Assembly (NCBI GenBank): GCA_965216565.1
Contig: OZ244170.1
Location: 256,001 to 320,000 of the forward strand
DNA from: Bythopirellula sp.
Lineage (GTDB): Bacteria; Planctomycetota; Planctomycetia; Pirellulales; Lacipirellulaceae
Reading direction: 5' to 3'
DNA length: 64,000 nucleotides
Under the pieces are notes generated by a model. The model had not been told where the DNA came from. It saw nothing but the letters and a program-made list of their open reading frames with translations, and did no database searches. Each line of letters starts with the position of its first letter. Position 1 is the stretch's first letter. The translations under genes were made by a program, and so were the position numbers. Of this stretch, positions 25,275 through 35,905 are shown piece after piece.

Positions 25275-26057
25275 ATGAAGTCGACTTACAGTACCGGTAC
25301 GCGCAGTGCCGGCAGAACCTACACCCTTGCTCTCGTCGCAGCTACTTGTCTGTGCATGCTTTCGATCCAGTCGACCTATGCGGGGTCGATTTTCTACGGC
25401 GACTATTCTGATATTCCTCCAGGCACAGTCATGTATCTGGATATCGAAGAATCCTCCGGCACCGATCCTGTGCCACCGGCCCTGTACGGCGCACCCACCA
25501 TCAGTGGTGACCAGTTAGACTTCAATCCTCCGGGATTTGTGGCTACTTCCACAGGTGGCCCACTGGATGTTACCGATGGCCAGCTGAACTTTACTCTGAT
25601 GGCTGCTCCCGGCGAGGGCTTTAGCTCTGTCGTGGTCAACGAAGGCGGCGACTACAGTTTTTCTGGAACTGGAGGAGCTGGAACAACAGTCAGTGCCAGT
25701 CTGAGTATCCGGGTTGAGATTCTAGAAATCGATAACACCCCACTCGCGAATTCTATTGTTCTGATTGGAACAGACTTTTTCGGCACCGACTATGCTTCCG
25801 CTGGTGGAACCGACACGGGGCTACTCAATTGGTCTCTCGACGCAGTCGCCGATTTAAGTCCCGCACTGGGTGGCTCGACCCTGGGTGTGACCAAAGCTGA
25901 TGTGGTGATCAACAACCAGCTCATCAGCAACAGCGAGTCCGACTCCTTAGCATTCATTGCTAAAAAGGACTTCAAGGTTAATCCTGTAATTCCTGAGCCT
26001 ACCGCTCTCGCGCTCTTTGGCTTGGGAAGTCTGCTGATTTGCTCGCGACGAAAGTAG
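25275..26057 (+). CDS. PEP-CTERM surface protein
   Basis: Signal peptide (TYA), C-terminal IPEPTALALFGLGSLLICSRRK. Start placed at ATG 25275. Confidence 0.85.
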   Translation: MKSTYSTGTRSAGRTYTLALVAATCLCMLSIQSTYAGSIFYGDYSDIPPGTVMYLDIEESSGTDPVPPALYGAPTISGDQLDFNPPGFVATSTGGPLDVTDGQLNFTLMAAPGEGFSSVVVNEGGDYSFSGTGGAGTTVSASLSIRVEILEIDNTPLANSIVLIGTDFFGTDYASAGGTDTGLLNWSLDAVADLSPALGGSTLGVTKADVVINNQLISNSESDSLAFIAKKDFKVNPVIPEPTALALFGLGSLLICSRRK

Positions 26058-26094
26058 ACGCGCTTCGACTGAGCAAACCAGTTAGATTCACTAC

Positions 26095-27471
26095 TTAGAG
26101 ATTCGACAGTACGCCTGTCGAATCTCCAAAGCGTGGTAGAGAGTCGATACCCATTTTCTCTGCAAGGGCCAGATAGAGATTGCACATCGGCTTCGATTTA
26201 TGGTCGACATAGCGGCCCGGGGCTAGAACACCGCCTCCGCCTCCAGCCAGTACGATTGGTAGGTTTCTATGCGTGTGACGATTGCCGTCGGAGTTGCCGC
26301 TTCCGTAGACGATCATTGAGTTATCGAGAAGCGAATTGCCATCGACGTCTTCTATCTCAGCAAGCCGCGAGAGAAAACTGCTCAACTGCGTGACGTACCA
26401 GCGGTCGATCTCGCTGATCTTCTGCATGGTCTCTTCCACATTGCGATGATGACTCAGATTGTGATGCCCTTCAGAAATGCCAATGTGCGAAAACGAGCGG
26501 TTGCTGCCATCGTGCGATAACATGAATGTGGCAATGCGAGTTGAATCTGTTTGAAACGCGAGCAGAAGCATTTCAAACATCAGCTCTAAGTACTCGGGGT
26601 AATCCTTCGGTATTCCCAGGGGAGCCTGTATCGCAGGAGCATGCTGAGATGTTATTTGCTCCGACTTCTCGATCCGAGATTCCAGTTCCCGCACACCAGT
26701 CAGATATTGGTCGAGCTTGACAAGATCGTGGGCCCCTAGAGTTTTCTTGACCCTGCGGGCATCGTCTCGCGCAAAGTCGAGAATCGAACGCTGTTGCTGA
26801 CGTCGACGCTCTAAATTCGCTAGCCGCTCGTGGGGTTTGCCGGCACCAAACATTCGCTCGAAGAGCAATCGTGGATTCGATTCAGGCGTCTTGGGCGTCG
26901 AAGGGGAACTCCACGACATATTGTAGCTGTAGGCACACGAATATCCCGAGTCGCAGTTGCCCGTCGTTCGGACTGGCTCGCAGGAAAGTTCCAATGAACT
27001 GAACCGCGTAAGATGGCCAATCTCTTTTGCCATCGCTTGGTCGACTGAGATTCCCGAGCGAATATCGGTCGCGCTCTTGTTAATCCTGACGCCGGTGAGA
27101 AAGACTCCGCCTCCGCGGGCGTGATCTCCCCCTCCATCTTTGCCAGCCTCGGCATTTACTTGATCTAAGCCTCCCAAGACCTGGATCTGATCGCGTAACT
27201 TCGCAAGCGGTGCCAGTGATTGACTCAGTTCGAAGTTGGAGCCGGTCTGCTTGGGCCACCAAGTATCTTGAATCACGCCATTGGGAAAATACAGAAACGC
27301 AGTCCGTAGCGGGGCGCCTGTCGCCGTTTGAGCCAGTGCTTTCTTGGATTGCACATTTGCAATTGCACTGTTTGTACCCAGCGATGCGAAAGCCGGTAAA
27401 GCAATCGAAGCCCCAAGCCCACGCAGAAAATTCCGCCGCGAGGTTTCTTTAGTTGGTTGGTGCTGATGCAT
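26095..27471 (-). CDS. DUF1552 (HXXSHH) Tat-exported protein
   Basis: SRRNFLRG Tat motif, YFPNG, ISVDQ, CDSGYSCAY, NPRLLFERMFG, HHNLSHH, SDGNRH.H.NLP. Start at ATG 27471 overlaps the upstream gene. Confidence 0.92.
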   Translation of the reverse strand: MHQHQPTKETSRRNFLRGLGASIALPAFASLGTNSAIANVQSKKALAQTATGAPLRTAFLYFPNGVIQDTWWPKQTGSNFELSQSLAPLAKLRDQIQVLGGLDQVNAEAGKDGGGDHARGGGVFLTGVRINKSATDIRSGISVDQAMAKEIGHLTRFSSLELSCEPVRTTGNCDSGYSCAYSYNMSWSSPSTPKTPESNPRLLFERMFGAGKPHERLANLERRRQQQRSILDFARDDARRVKKTLGAHDLVKLDQYLTGVRELESRIEKSEQITSQHAPAIQAPLGIPKDYPEYLELMFEMLLLAFQTDSTRIATFMLSHDGSNRSFSHIGISEGHHNLSHHRNVEETMQKISEIDRWYVTQLSSFLSRLAEIEDVDGNSLLDNSMIVYGSGNSDGNRHTHRNLPIVLAGGGGGVLAPGRYVDHKSKPMCNLYLALAEKMGIDSLPRFGDSTGVLSNL

Positions 27472-29584
27472 GCTTGTTCGATTGCTCGCGTCTGCTGCGT
27501 TGGAATGGGGCTGATAGCACAATGCCGCGGAGTAATACGCTGGACTTGCCGTCTTCAGCTTCGAGCTGCTCGACAATTCTGTCAACGCTCTGTACGTCAT
27601 GGTACTCTAGCCCGCGACCAACCGCAAAGGTCAGCATTTTTTCGGTCAAACATCGATAGAAGTCACGCTCGTGTTGGCTGATCAAGATCTGCTTCAAATC
27701 TCTGACACCTGCGAAAGAGCTTCCCGAAATTAACTCGCCACTGGGATCAATGGTTTTGCCATGCTCGGCTTCTCGCCAGGCCCCTAGTGCGTTGAAGTTT
27801 TCGAATGCGAGGCCAATCGGGTCCATCCGGTTATGACAGGAACTGCAAACTGGATCTTCTCGATGCTTGGCGAGTGACTGTCGCAAACTGGGTACGTCGG
27901 CGTCTTTCGGAAACCGGACTTCTGGCAAGTCAGGGATATCTGGCGGGGGTGGAGCCGGAGGCACGCCCAAGATGTTTTCTAAGACGTACAGCCCTCGTTT
28001 GACGGGTGATGTTCGATTGGGATTAGAAGTTGTGACCAACATTGTCCCTTGCGTCAGGATACCGCCGCGGGGACTGTCGGCAGGGAGCGAAACCTTGCGA
28101 ACCTTATCGCCCCACACACCTGCGATCCCATAATGCTTGGCAAGTTTGTCATTGAGAAATGCATAATCACAATCAATCAGTTCTAGCAGGGGGCGGTCCT
28201 CTTGAAACACATGCTGGAAGTGCATTTCTGTTTCTTCTTGCATGAGCGACTTGAGGGCATTGAAATCTCCTCGGTCAAATTCTTGATTTCTGGCCATTGC
28301 TTGGTCATATAGTTTCCGTGCTTTTCGCAACTCGTTCCTTTGTTCTTTCGTAAGCTCATCTGGTTGAATCGTGCGAAGCCGAACTTGTTCTCTGCGGAGC
28401 TTGGCCAGATTGGCATCGGGGGGGAGGTCGCGACGGATGATATCCGGGATCTCTAGGGTGACTTGTTTGATATCTCGACTTCCCAGCCATTGGCCAGCAA
28501 ACTGTTTGACGAATTGATTCCCGCGTGAATCGGCAAGCATGCGATCGATCTGTTGGGAAAGGTTCTCCCGCAATTGGCTCACACCAGCGAGACGCATAAG
28601 TTGTTCGTCGGGCATCGTCGACCAGAGGAAGTAGGACAAGCGAGATGCTAGCGAGAACTCATCTATGTAGGGAAACGCCTCATCGTCATTGGTATCGAGT
28701 TGCTCGATCTTAAACAGAAAACGGGGCGACGACAGCACACCGGCAATTGATTGTTGAATCGCCGACTCGAAAGGTTCGTTGTCCTCGGTGTGAGTGAGCA
28801 TCGTAAAATCGACGAGGCGCTGAAGAGTTTCTTCATCAACTGGTCGACGGTAGGCGCGAGTTGCGAACGAACGAAAAAACGTCTGCAGAAACTCAGGCTG
28901 TTGTTCGGATGAAGAAGGGAGCGTTGCGCCAAAAAAGTTGCGTTGCCCTTCCAGGTCCGATGACAGCGGCATGGCCTGTTCGGTAATTGTTTTGGCTGCT
29001 TGGACGTATTTTTCTAAATGTAAAGGAGACATGTTCAGCACTTCGCCTAGATTGTCGAAGCCATGCCCACTGTCGTCGGGTGGAAAGTTGGTTTCTGTGT
29101 CGTAGTCGACTCCCAATAGATCGCGAACTGTGTTGCGATACTCCACTCGATTTAGCCGACGCAGGGTGACGCGCCCCGGATTTGGCTGGCCAGGTACAAA
29201 GAGGAACACATCGCTTTTAATCCAGTCGACTAGCTGTTCTCTCTGCGTGGTATCCAAAGAGAAAGCATCAGGCGGCGGCATGAGCTCTGCTTGCAGCATC
29301 TTCAGCACGCGCCACCAAAATTCAGGGTCGCCCTTGGCTGCCGCAGAAGACTCAAACTGATCAAGGGCCACGCCGCCCTCGGCCATGCCATAGCCGTGAC
29401 AGTCGTAACACGATTCGGCCAAGATCGGCTCGATCTCGCTGAGGAACTTGTCTTTCGACAAATCTTCCGCGTTGCTGGAAGCCAAGTTTAAAGCTAGAGC
29501 CAACGCGCAGCAGGATAGCGCGAAACTGCTATTCCAAGCAAATCGGAGAGGAAGCTGCGATCGATTTCGACCTGAGGCGAGCAT
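27449..29584 (-). CDS. DUF1587/1595/1592/1588/1585 planctomycete cytochrome-c-like protein
   Basis: CYDCH and CSSCH heme motifs, RRLNRVEYRNTVRDLLG, GFDN, LASRLSYFLWSTMPD, TSPVKRG, DPIGLAFENF. Confidence 0.92.
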   Translation of the reverse strand: MLASGRNRSQLPLRFAWNSSFALSCCALALALNLASSNAEDLSKDKFLSEIEPILAESCYDCHGYGMAEGGVALDQFESSAAAKGDPEFWWRVLKMLQAELMPPPDAFSLDTTQREQLVDWIKSDVFLFVPGQPNPGRVTLRRLNRVEYRNTVRDLLGVDYDTETNFPPDDSGHGFDNLGEVLNMSPLHLEKYVQAAKTITEQAMPLSSDLEGQRNFFGATLPSSSEQQPEFLQTFFRSFATRAYRRPVDEETLQRLVDFTMLTHTEDNEPFESAIQQSIAGVLSSPRFLFKIEQLDTNDDEAFPYIDEFSLASRLSYFLWSTMPDEQLMRLAGVSQLRENLSQQIDRMLADSRGNQFVKQFAGQWLGSRDIKQVTLEIPDIIRRDLPPDANLAKLRREQVRLRTIQPDELTKEQRNELRKARKLYDQAMARNQEFDRGDFNALKSLMQEETEMHFQHVFQEDRPLLELIDCDYAFLNDKLAKHYGIAGVWGDKVRKVSLPADSPRGGILTQGTMLVTTSNPNRTSPVKRGLYVLENILGVPPAPPPPDIPDLPEVRFPKDADVPSLRQSLAKHREDPVCSSCHNRMDPIGLAFENFNALGAWREAEHGKTIDPSGELISGSSFAGVRDLKQILISQHERDFYRCLTEKMLTFAVGRGLEYHDVQSVDRIVEQLEAEDGKSSVLLRGIVLSAPFQRSRREQSNKHASAPTN

Positions 29585-29680
29585 GGGGGAGGCGACGCGG
29601 CGGGGGAGGGCGGGGCTCGAGGTGTCAGTCCGCAGTTTACCAGCTTCTGAGTCGCAACGGGTGCGATTTCGCTGAGTTGT

Positions 29681-30952
29681 TTATTTTCCGATTCGATAAA
29701 GATGCGTCGTGCTGCGCAAAATAAGGGAGTTTTCAACTAACGCTGGGGTCGCATAAAATCCATTGGGAAACGTATTTTTCGCTAGAACCTTAAACTCCGG
29801 GGCGGCTTTGATGACGAAGACCTCCCCCTCCTTATTCCCGCAATAGAGACGGCCGTCGGCAAGAATTGGCGACGACCAAAATTGACCGCTGAGCCGCTGC
29901 GACCAAAACTTCTGCCCACTTCTGGCGGCCAGGCATGTTGCAACCCCGTTGTCCCCAAACATGAACAGCCCGCCGTTGGTGACGATCACTGACCCACGCT
30001 GTGGGACTGCCTTGCGAGTGCTCCAGACTATTTGTGGTGATTCAGATACACTCTCAGGGGGCCGCACCGCAATCAAACTGTTGTCTCCGGTTCCGGCATT
30101 GATATAGACGAGCCCATATTCATGAATGGGGGCCGTCGAAGCATTCATTCCCCCATGCCGTACGCGCCACAATTCATCGCCATCGGCAGGATCGTAGACA
30201 ATCGTTTCCACTGCGGCTGGACTAACCATCTGCCTTTGACCATTCAAATCAATCAACGTCGGCGTGCCGTAGGCCTTCTTGAAGTCTCCCACATCAGTGC
30301 CATAGTCGATGTCACGATCTCTCCGCCAGATCGTCTTTCCGGAGTACTTGTCGAGCGCAATAACGTACTGCTGATCGATGCCATCAAAGTGGATGAGTAG
30401 ATTGTTGCCTTCGACAACGGGGGACGACGCTGGGCCCCGGAAATGGTCGCAAGGTAAGTCTTGTCGCTGCCACAGAACTTCACCCGTCTCGTTATCAATA
30501 CACGCCGTGCCGCTCGAACCATAGTGAACGAACACGCGATCCGACTCAGCGTAGGGTGTGCAAGAGGCATAAGAGTTTGCCGGATGACAGAACGCTGGTT
30601 GCTCGATCTCAAAGACCAACAAGTCGTGAACAACTTCGCCGGTCTCTAGATCAATACACAGAGCGGACAGCTCTTTGCCGTCCTCAGTAGCCGTGGTGAG
30701 CCAAACTTGCTGATCCCAAACGACTGGCGACGACCAACCTTTGCCGTGGATTGGGGTCTTCCAACGGACGTTCTTCGTCTCTGAAAACTCGACGGGAGGC
30801 TTGCAGCCCTGCATCGTGCCGGTGCCATCGGGCCCCCGGTACCGGTTCCAGTAATTCTGTTCGGCTACCGATGCCACTGTCGACAACGTGACTAGCAGTC
30901 CTAGGGCAAGCCCGACAGAATTCCGCCAGGCAACGATTCGAGGGGCAATCAT
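29681..30952 (-). CDS. PQQ-binding-like beta-propeller protein (BamB-like, planctomycete family)
   Basis: W..YRGP.GTG, WKT...G.GWSSPVV, repeated A.D..TG...W motifs, signal peptide. Confidence 0.9.
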   Translation of the reverse strand: MIAPRIVAWRNSVGLALGLLVTLSTVASVAEQNYWNRYRGPDGTGTMQGCKPPVEFSETKNVRWKTPIHGKGWSSPVVWDQQVWLTTATEDGKELSALCIDLETGEVVHDLLVFEIEQPAFCHPANSYASCTPYAESDRVFVHYGSSGTACIDNETGEVLWQRQDLPCDHFRGPASSPVVEGNNLLIHFDGIDQQYVIALDKYSGKTIWRRDRDIDYGTDVGDFKKAYGTPTLIDLNGQRQMVSPAAVETIVYDPADGDELWRVRHGGMNASTAPIHEYGLVYINAGTGDNSLIAVRPPESVSESPQIVWSTRKAVPQRGSVIVTNGGLFMFGDNGVATCLAARSGQKFWSQRLSGQFWSSPILADGRLYCGNKEGEVFVIKAAPEFKVLAKNTFPNGFYATPALVENSLILRSTTHLYRIGK

Positions 30953-31013
30953 GACGGCTCTTCTCCAAAAACCTTTGCCTCTTTAGCATCAGATCCGTTT
31001 CGATGCCAACACG

Positions 31014-31448
31014 CTACTCTTCAGATATCTCCAACTTCTGAATTTTGTCGCCCTGTTCAATCGAGTCGACAACTTTCTGACCGTCTCCCAGCACTTTTCC
31101 AAACACAGAGTGTTTGCCATCGAGCCACGGGGTGGCTACGTGCGTGATGAAAAACTGCGAGCCATTTGTATTGGGGCCGGCATTGGCCATGGAGAGGATG
31201 CCCGGCTCGTCGTGCTTGAGTTCTGGATGGAACTCGTCTTCAAAAGTATAGCCCGGTCCGCCGGTGCCTGTTCCTTGCGGGCAGCCACCTTGAACCATGA
31301 AATCGTCGATCACTCGATGGAAAACCAGGCCGTCGTAAAAGCCATCGCCGGCAAGCTTTTCGAAGTTGGCCACAGTGTTGGGAGTTTTGTCAGCAAACAG
31401 CTCAAGGCGAATCTCGCCCTTGTCCGTAGTGAATGTGGCAACTTTCAT
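31014..31448 (-). CDS. ppiB: Cyclophilin-type peptidyl-prolyl cis-trans isomerase
   Basis: [46 protein letters not shown]. Confidence 0.93.
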   Translation of the reverse strand: MKVATFTTDKGEIRLELFADKTPNTVANFEKLAGDGFYDGLVFHRVIDDFMVQGGCPQGTGTGGPGYTFEDEFHPELKHDEPGILSMANAGPNTNGSQFFITHVATPWLDGKHSVFGKVLGDGQKVVDSIEQGDKIQKLEISEE

Positions 31449-31562
31449 CGTCGTCTTTCCGTTTGAACGTGAGAGAATGGGGAGAGTCAGCAGCGACCTT
31501 CAGAATGGCATTAGCAGCCACTTTTCGCAACCCCCGGCCCAGACACGGTGAAACACCCCAAA

Positions 31563-32693
31563 CTAAGTCCGAAGCGTTTGGCTGATCCCGGCGGCGATGG
31601 GCAGAAATATAAGCACCGGCAGCCAGGCGGCGAGCGTCGGCCTGAGCAGGCTAACGCCGCCCAGCGATTGGCCGGCCAGTGTCACCACCGAAAACGCGAC
31701 GGCTACCACGATGCACAGGCCGATGGAAAGAAACATATTGCGATTGCCGCGAGTGAACATCAGCGGTAGCCCCAGCATCAACAGTGTGCCGTCCATGATT
31801 GGCTTTAAGAATCGAGAGTGAACGGCCACCTGCACATCGGGTCCCAAGTCTGTGGTGGGATTGCTTAGTTCGCGAATGAGTTCACCCGTCGATGCATAGT
31901 TCCTCCAAGTCGAACCGCTAGCCAGCAATTCGAATCGAACCTGAGAAACAACAAATACTTGCTTGGCTTCGAGCCAAGGTGTATCGCTGGGCATCAACAC
32001 AGTTGGAGTATCTTCGTACGATATCGAGCGGAGCTTCTTCAGCTTCCGCGGCAACGTGACCCCATCCAGTAGATAACCGCCTGGGTGTTGTTGAGTGGCT
32101 GGGTGGTAGTAGGCATTCTCTGCGCGTAGCTGCTTGCCGTAGACGGCCAGTTCGGCGGGCATTACGAACGTCGGTTTTACGATGCGTTCTTCCGCGGCGA
32201 TCGTCTCTTGGCCGCCGATCAAGATATTCGATCGGCCATCGAAGCGGGCTTCCAATTCACGAGAGCGGCTGCCAGACAAATCTTTGATGTCGCGGGTCAG
32301 TTGATCCCGGATCTCGGGAATCAAAAACTCACGGTTGGCCATGCTGGCGAGACTGATTGCAATTGCCGCAATCACTAGTGGTTTGATAACCCTCGTTTTC
32401 GAAACTCCCGCGGCTAGCATCGCAGTTAGTTCATGGTGCCTTTGTAGCCAGGTCACCGTAAACATGGCTGCGAGCATCGCCAGAATGCCGCTGGTACGGT
32501 CGAAGAATCCCAGTGCCCGGTATCCGTAGTATTCGCCGAGGACGCCCAACAAACTGCCATGTTGCTCGGCATAGGCGGTGAAGTTATCCAGATGACTAAA
32601 GGCGTCGATCACCACATACAGACCCGTCAGGCTCAAGAAACAGATCACAAAGATCTGAATAAATTGCCGGAGGAGATAGCGATCGAGTATCAT
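31563..32693 (-). CDS. LptF/LptG family LPS export permease
   Basis: MILDRYL, HELTAMLAAGVS..R...P, 3+3 TM architecture, P.LAAWLP. Confidence 0.9.
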   Translation of the reverse strand: MILDRYLLRQFIQIFVICFLSLTGLYVVIDAFSHLDNFTAYAEQHGSLLGVLGEYYGYRALGFFDRTSGILAMLAAMFTVTWLQRHHELTAMLAAGVSKTRVIKPLVIAAIAISLASMANREFLIPEIRDQLTRDIKDLSGSRSRELEARFDGRSNILIGGQETIAAEERIVKPTFVMPAELAVYGKQLRAENAYYHPATQQHPGGYLLDGVTLPRKLKKLRSISYEDTPTVLMPSDTPWLEAKQVFVVSQVRFELLASGSTWRNYASTGELIRELSNPTTDLGPDVQVAVHSRFLKPIMDGTLLMLGLPLMFTRGNRNMFLSIGLCIVVAVAFSVVTLAGQSLGGVSLLRPTLAAWLPVLIFLPIAAGISQTLRT

Positions 32694-32843
32694 GCGAATT
32701 GAGCAGGGTCGAGTGTTATAAGCGCGAAGGGTAGTTCACGCCGATTGCTAGCGTCAATAGAAGTGTGCTCCCGCCTGTGCTGGCATCGAGCTATTTCAAA
32801 TCCGCATTCCGCAATTTATCCGTCTCAGCCGGTGAAATGGGCT

Positions 32844-33599
32844 ATGGCAGTAGTATCTCCAAAATGGCTGCGGCAACTTGGCCACCGAGCCCTGGATCTC
32901 GTTTTCCCGCCTAGTTGCGTTGCTTGCCACCAGGCAATGGACGAACTGCCCGCGGGCATCGGCCTCTGCCAGTCTTGCCAAGACCTGCTTAGCCGGACGC
33001 CCACAGCAACCTGCCGCCGTTGCGGCGCACGCGTTCCCGAGATTCCCGGCAATGCCGAATCCTGCCCAAATTGCGTTGAGCATCGCCTACGTTTCGATCG
33101 AACTCTGTCTTACGGAGTCTACGAAGGCCTCCTGCGAGAATTGGTGTTGCAAATGAAGAGCGATGCAACCCAGCAGATATCGACCGCACTCGGAAAAGTT
33201 CTGGCAGAACATTTTCGCGAGCAGTTAGCAGAGATACAGCCCGATGCAGTGGTCCCCATCCCAATGCACAATTGGCGGAAACTGACGCGTCCTTCGAACC
33301 CCGTTGCCCGTTTGGCAGAAACGGTTGCCAGCAGTCTCAGCCTGCCTTTACAGCCCAAGCTCTTGAAGTGGCAGAAAAGCACGTCTGCACAGTTGGGCCT
33401 GTCTCAGCCAGGGCGATTTCGCAATGTACAAGGAGCCCTGGCCGTAAGTCCTGGCTATAAGCTGGATGCGCCGACCCTAGTGATTGTCGACGATGTGCTG
33501 ACAACCGGTGCCACCTGTAGCGAGGCTGCCCGCGTACTGAAACGTGCGGGAGCCGTTGAGGTGATCGTTTTGGTATTAGGGCGGACCCCAGTGGGTTGA
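32844..33599 (+). CDS. comF: ComF family protein (double zinc ribbon plus phosphoribosyltransferase)
   Basis: FPPSCVAC..LC..C..C.RC..C..C, VVPIPMH, R..NV..A, VIVDDVLTTGATCSE. Start placed at ATG 32844. Confidence 0.88.
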   Translation: MAVVSPKWLRQLGHRALDLVFPPSCVACHQAMDELPAGIGLCQSCQDLLSRTPTATCRRCGARVPEIPGNAESCPNCVEHRLRFDRTLSYGVYEGLLRELVLQMKSDATQQISTALGKVLAEHFREQLAEIQPDAVVPIPMHNWRKLTRPSNPVARLAETVASSLSLPLQPKLLKWQKSTSAQLGLSQPGRFRNVQGALAVSPGYKLDAPTLVIVDDVLTTGATCSEAARVLKRAGAVEVIVLVLGRTPVG

Positions 33600-33804
33600 G
33601 TGGGCTTTCGGAGGTCGATTTATCACAAATGTGCGGATCGTTCCGTCAAATCGGACAAATTGGCGTCTTGAGCTCACGATCATCGACTTAAGACCTTAAA
33701 TCGCCTTCGCAGCGGGCTATCTTTTGTTGCCCTGCAGCATGGGCCGGGCAAGTCTCGCTTTGCTCGGCTTGTGCCGATGCCCTCAATTCGCAGAATAGTT
33801 CAGC

Positions 33805-34740
33805 ATGGATATCCCCGATCTTCCCACCGATCCCAAGCGTCGCCCGCTCGACCCCTTTCGTCGTGCGGTGATTCGAGGGTTAGGTGTTCTGCTGCCGCCG
33901 CTGCTGACCATCGTGATTTTTGTGTGGGTCGGCAATACCGTGGCCAATTACATGCTCTCCCCAATGGAAGGCTTAGCCAGACGAGGGCTCACGACCTACT
34001 ACCAGCAGAAGATTGTCCGAGCCGACGATATCCCCGCCAGCGAGGTGAACAACGATCTCGCGGAATACCAAGGGCAGCTCTACCACAAGACGGGTGACGG
34101 CCGGTTTATTCTGGAGAAGCATTTCGAGTATGCCGAAGAGCATCTCGACGGGCAGGATATGCCTGACGATGCGACCGATGTCTACGATCTGTACGTCGAC
34201 CGTCAGTTTCTCCAGCCGCAAGTTGTGCTGCCGCTGTTCTTGTGTGCATTTCTATTGGTGCTGTACCTGTTGGGTCGTTTCTTGGCAGCCGGTGTCGGCC
34301 GATTCTTTTGGATGCAATTCGAACGGGTCATCAATCGGCTCCCGCTGATCCGTAACGTGTATTCCTCAGTCAAGCAGGTCACCGATTTTCTCTTTAGCGA
34401 ACGAGAAATCGAATACACCCGCGTCGTAGCCGTGGAATACCCGCGCAAAGGCATCTGGACGTTGGCAATGGTCACGGGCGAAAGTCTACTTGATATTCGC
34501 TGTGCGGCTAACGAGCCGGTACTCTCAGTACTGGTGCCTACCTCGCCAATGCCGTTCACCGGCTTCACGGTAACGGTGAAGAAGAGCGAAACGATCGATC
34601 TGAATATCACCATCGATCAAGCGTTTCAGTTCATCGTCAGTTGTGGTGTCGTGGTGCCCCCTCAGCAGTTAGCGAAGGCGATTGCAGAGCAGGAAATCCG
34701 ACAGTCCGACCCCGGTGTCTCTCCACCGAGTGCTGAGTAG
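33805..34740 (+). CDS. DUF502 family membrane protein
   Basis: GL.VLLP.LLT, RLPLIRNVYSSVKQ, VAVEYPRKG, VLVPTSP.P.TG, F..IVS.G. Confidence 0.9.
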   Translation: MDIPDLPTDPKRRPLDPFRRAVIRGLGVLLPPLLTIVIFVWVGNTVANYMLSPMEGLARRGLTTYYQQKIVRADDIPASEVNNDLAEYQGQLYHKTGDGRFILEKHFEYAEEHLDGQDMPDDATDVYDLYVDRQFLQPQVVLPLFLCAFLLVLYLLGRFLAAGVGRFFWMQFERVINRLPLIRNVYSSVKQVTDFLFSEREIEYTRVVAVEYPRKGIWTLAMVTGESLLDIRCAANEPVLSVLVPTSPMPFTGFTVTVKKSETIDLNITIDQAFQFIVSCGVVVPPQQLAKAIAEQEIRQSDPGVSPPSAE

Positions 34741-34821
34741 CCAATTGCTGCGGGACGACGGAATGTCTAGGATGAGCGAATCAAACGCTCTATTGAAGAT
34801 TCTCAACCGCTAGAAATTCCG

Positions 34822-35745
34822 TTGTCAAACCACCCTATCCGCATTGGTACACGAGCTAGCCAGCTTGCGTTGTGGCAAGCCAACTGGGTTGCCGAGCGCC
34901 TTAGTAGTCTCGGGGCGGCAGTTGAACTTGTGGAGATCGTCACCCAAGGCGATGTCCAGCAGTCTGGTCCCGTCCCAGGGCTCGGGATTCAAGGTGTGTT
35001 TACCAAAGAAGTTCAGTCTGCCGTTCTCGCAGAGGAAGCCGACCTGGCGGTCCACAGTTTGAAAGACTTGCCGACCGAAGCAACAGACGGGCTGGTGCTT
35101 GCCGCTATTCCTGAGCGCGCGAGTGTGGCAGACGCACTAATCTCAAATTCAGCTGGCACCTTGGCCGAACTGCCGGAGGGTGCGAAGGTTGGAACGGGTA
35201 GCCTGCGCAGGCAAGCACAGCTCAAACAACTTCGGACGGACCTAGAGGTCCTTGGCATTCGCGGCAACGTCGACACGAGGCTTCGCAAACTAGACGAGGG
35301 CCAGTACGACGCGATCATATTAGCCGAGGCTGGGCTGACAAGGTTGGGGCTGAACGAGCGGATCACCGAGCAATTGGGACCACCGCGCATGCTCCCAGCC
35401 CCGGGCCAAGGGGCTTTGGGGCTTGAATGCCGCGCGCAGGACAGCGTGTTGATTGAGCTGCTAGCCAATCTTGACGACCTCTCGTCGCGGGCCGCAGTTA
35501 CGGCGGAAAGGTCGATGCTGGCACTCCTGCATGCGGGATGCTCTGCACCTGTGGGAGCCTGGGGTAGGATCGAAGACGGGCAACTCATGCTCAACGGGCT
35601 CGTGGCTAGCCTCGACGGAGAGCAGATACTCACTGCTTCCGGCGCGGCCGACGTTACCCAGGGAGAATCGTTGGGCCAGACGGTCGCTAAGAAATTGCTC
35701 GATCAAGGGGCGGCCCAGATCGTCGCCGCGGCAAAGAATGCCTAA
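34822..35745 (+). CDS. hemC: Hydroxymethylbilane synthase (porphobilinogen deaminase)
   Basis: IRIGTRASQLALWQA, G.FTKE, AVHSLKDLP, GTGSLRR, IRGNVDTRL.KL, PAPGQGAL, GCSAPVG. Confidence 0.97.
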   Translation: MSNHPIRIGTRASQLALWQANWVAERLSSLGAAVELVEIVTQGDVQQSGPVPGLGIQGVFTKEVQSAVLAEEADLAVHSLKDLPTEATDGLVLAAIPERASVADALISNSAGTLAELPEGAKVGTGSLRRQAQLKQLRTDLEVLGIRGNVDTRLRKLDEGQYDAIILAEAGLTRLGLNERITEQLGPPRMLPAPGQGALGLECRAQDSVLIELLANLDDLSSRAAVTAERSMLALLHAGCSAPVGAWGRIEDGQLMLNGLVASLDGEQILTASGAADVTQGESLGQTVAKKLLDQGAAQIVAAAKNA

Positions 35746-35773
35746 TCCACGGTGCTAGCGGCAATGTCTGCCG
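35730..35773. promoter_or_regulatory. Paired GGCA-N5-TGCC palindromes, candidate enhancer (bEBP) sites
   Basis: GGCA-AAGAA-TGCC (35730-35742) and CGGCA-ATGTC-TGCCG (35759-35773), 30 bp apart, about 135-175 bp upstream of the sigma54 element. Confidence 0.45.
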
Positions 35774-35905
35774 ACCTCGTTCAATTGCACACGCAACCTC
35801 TGCCGATGTGCCGCATCTAGCTCCTGGATGCTGGCGGATTCACTTCAGTGAATCGAGACCTGTTTTTCAAGGGTCACAGGAAAAGAACTCAAACGGCAAT
35901 CGTTT

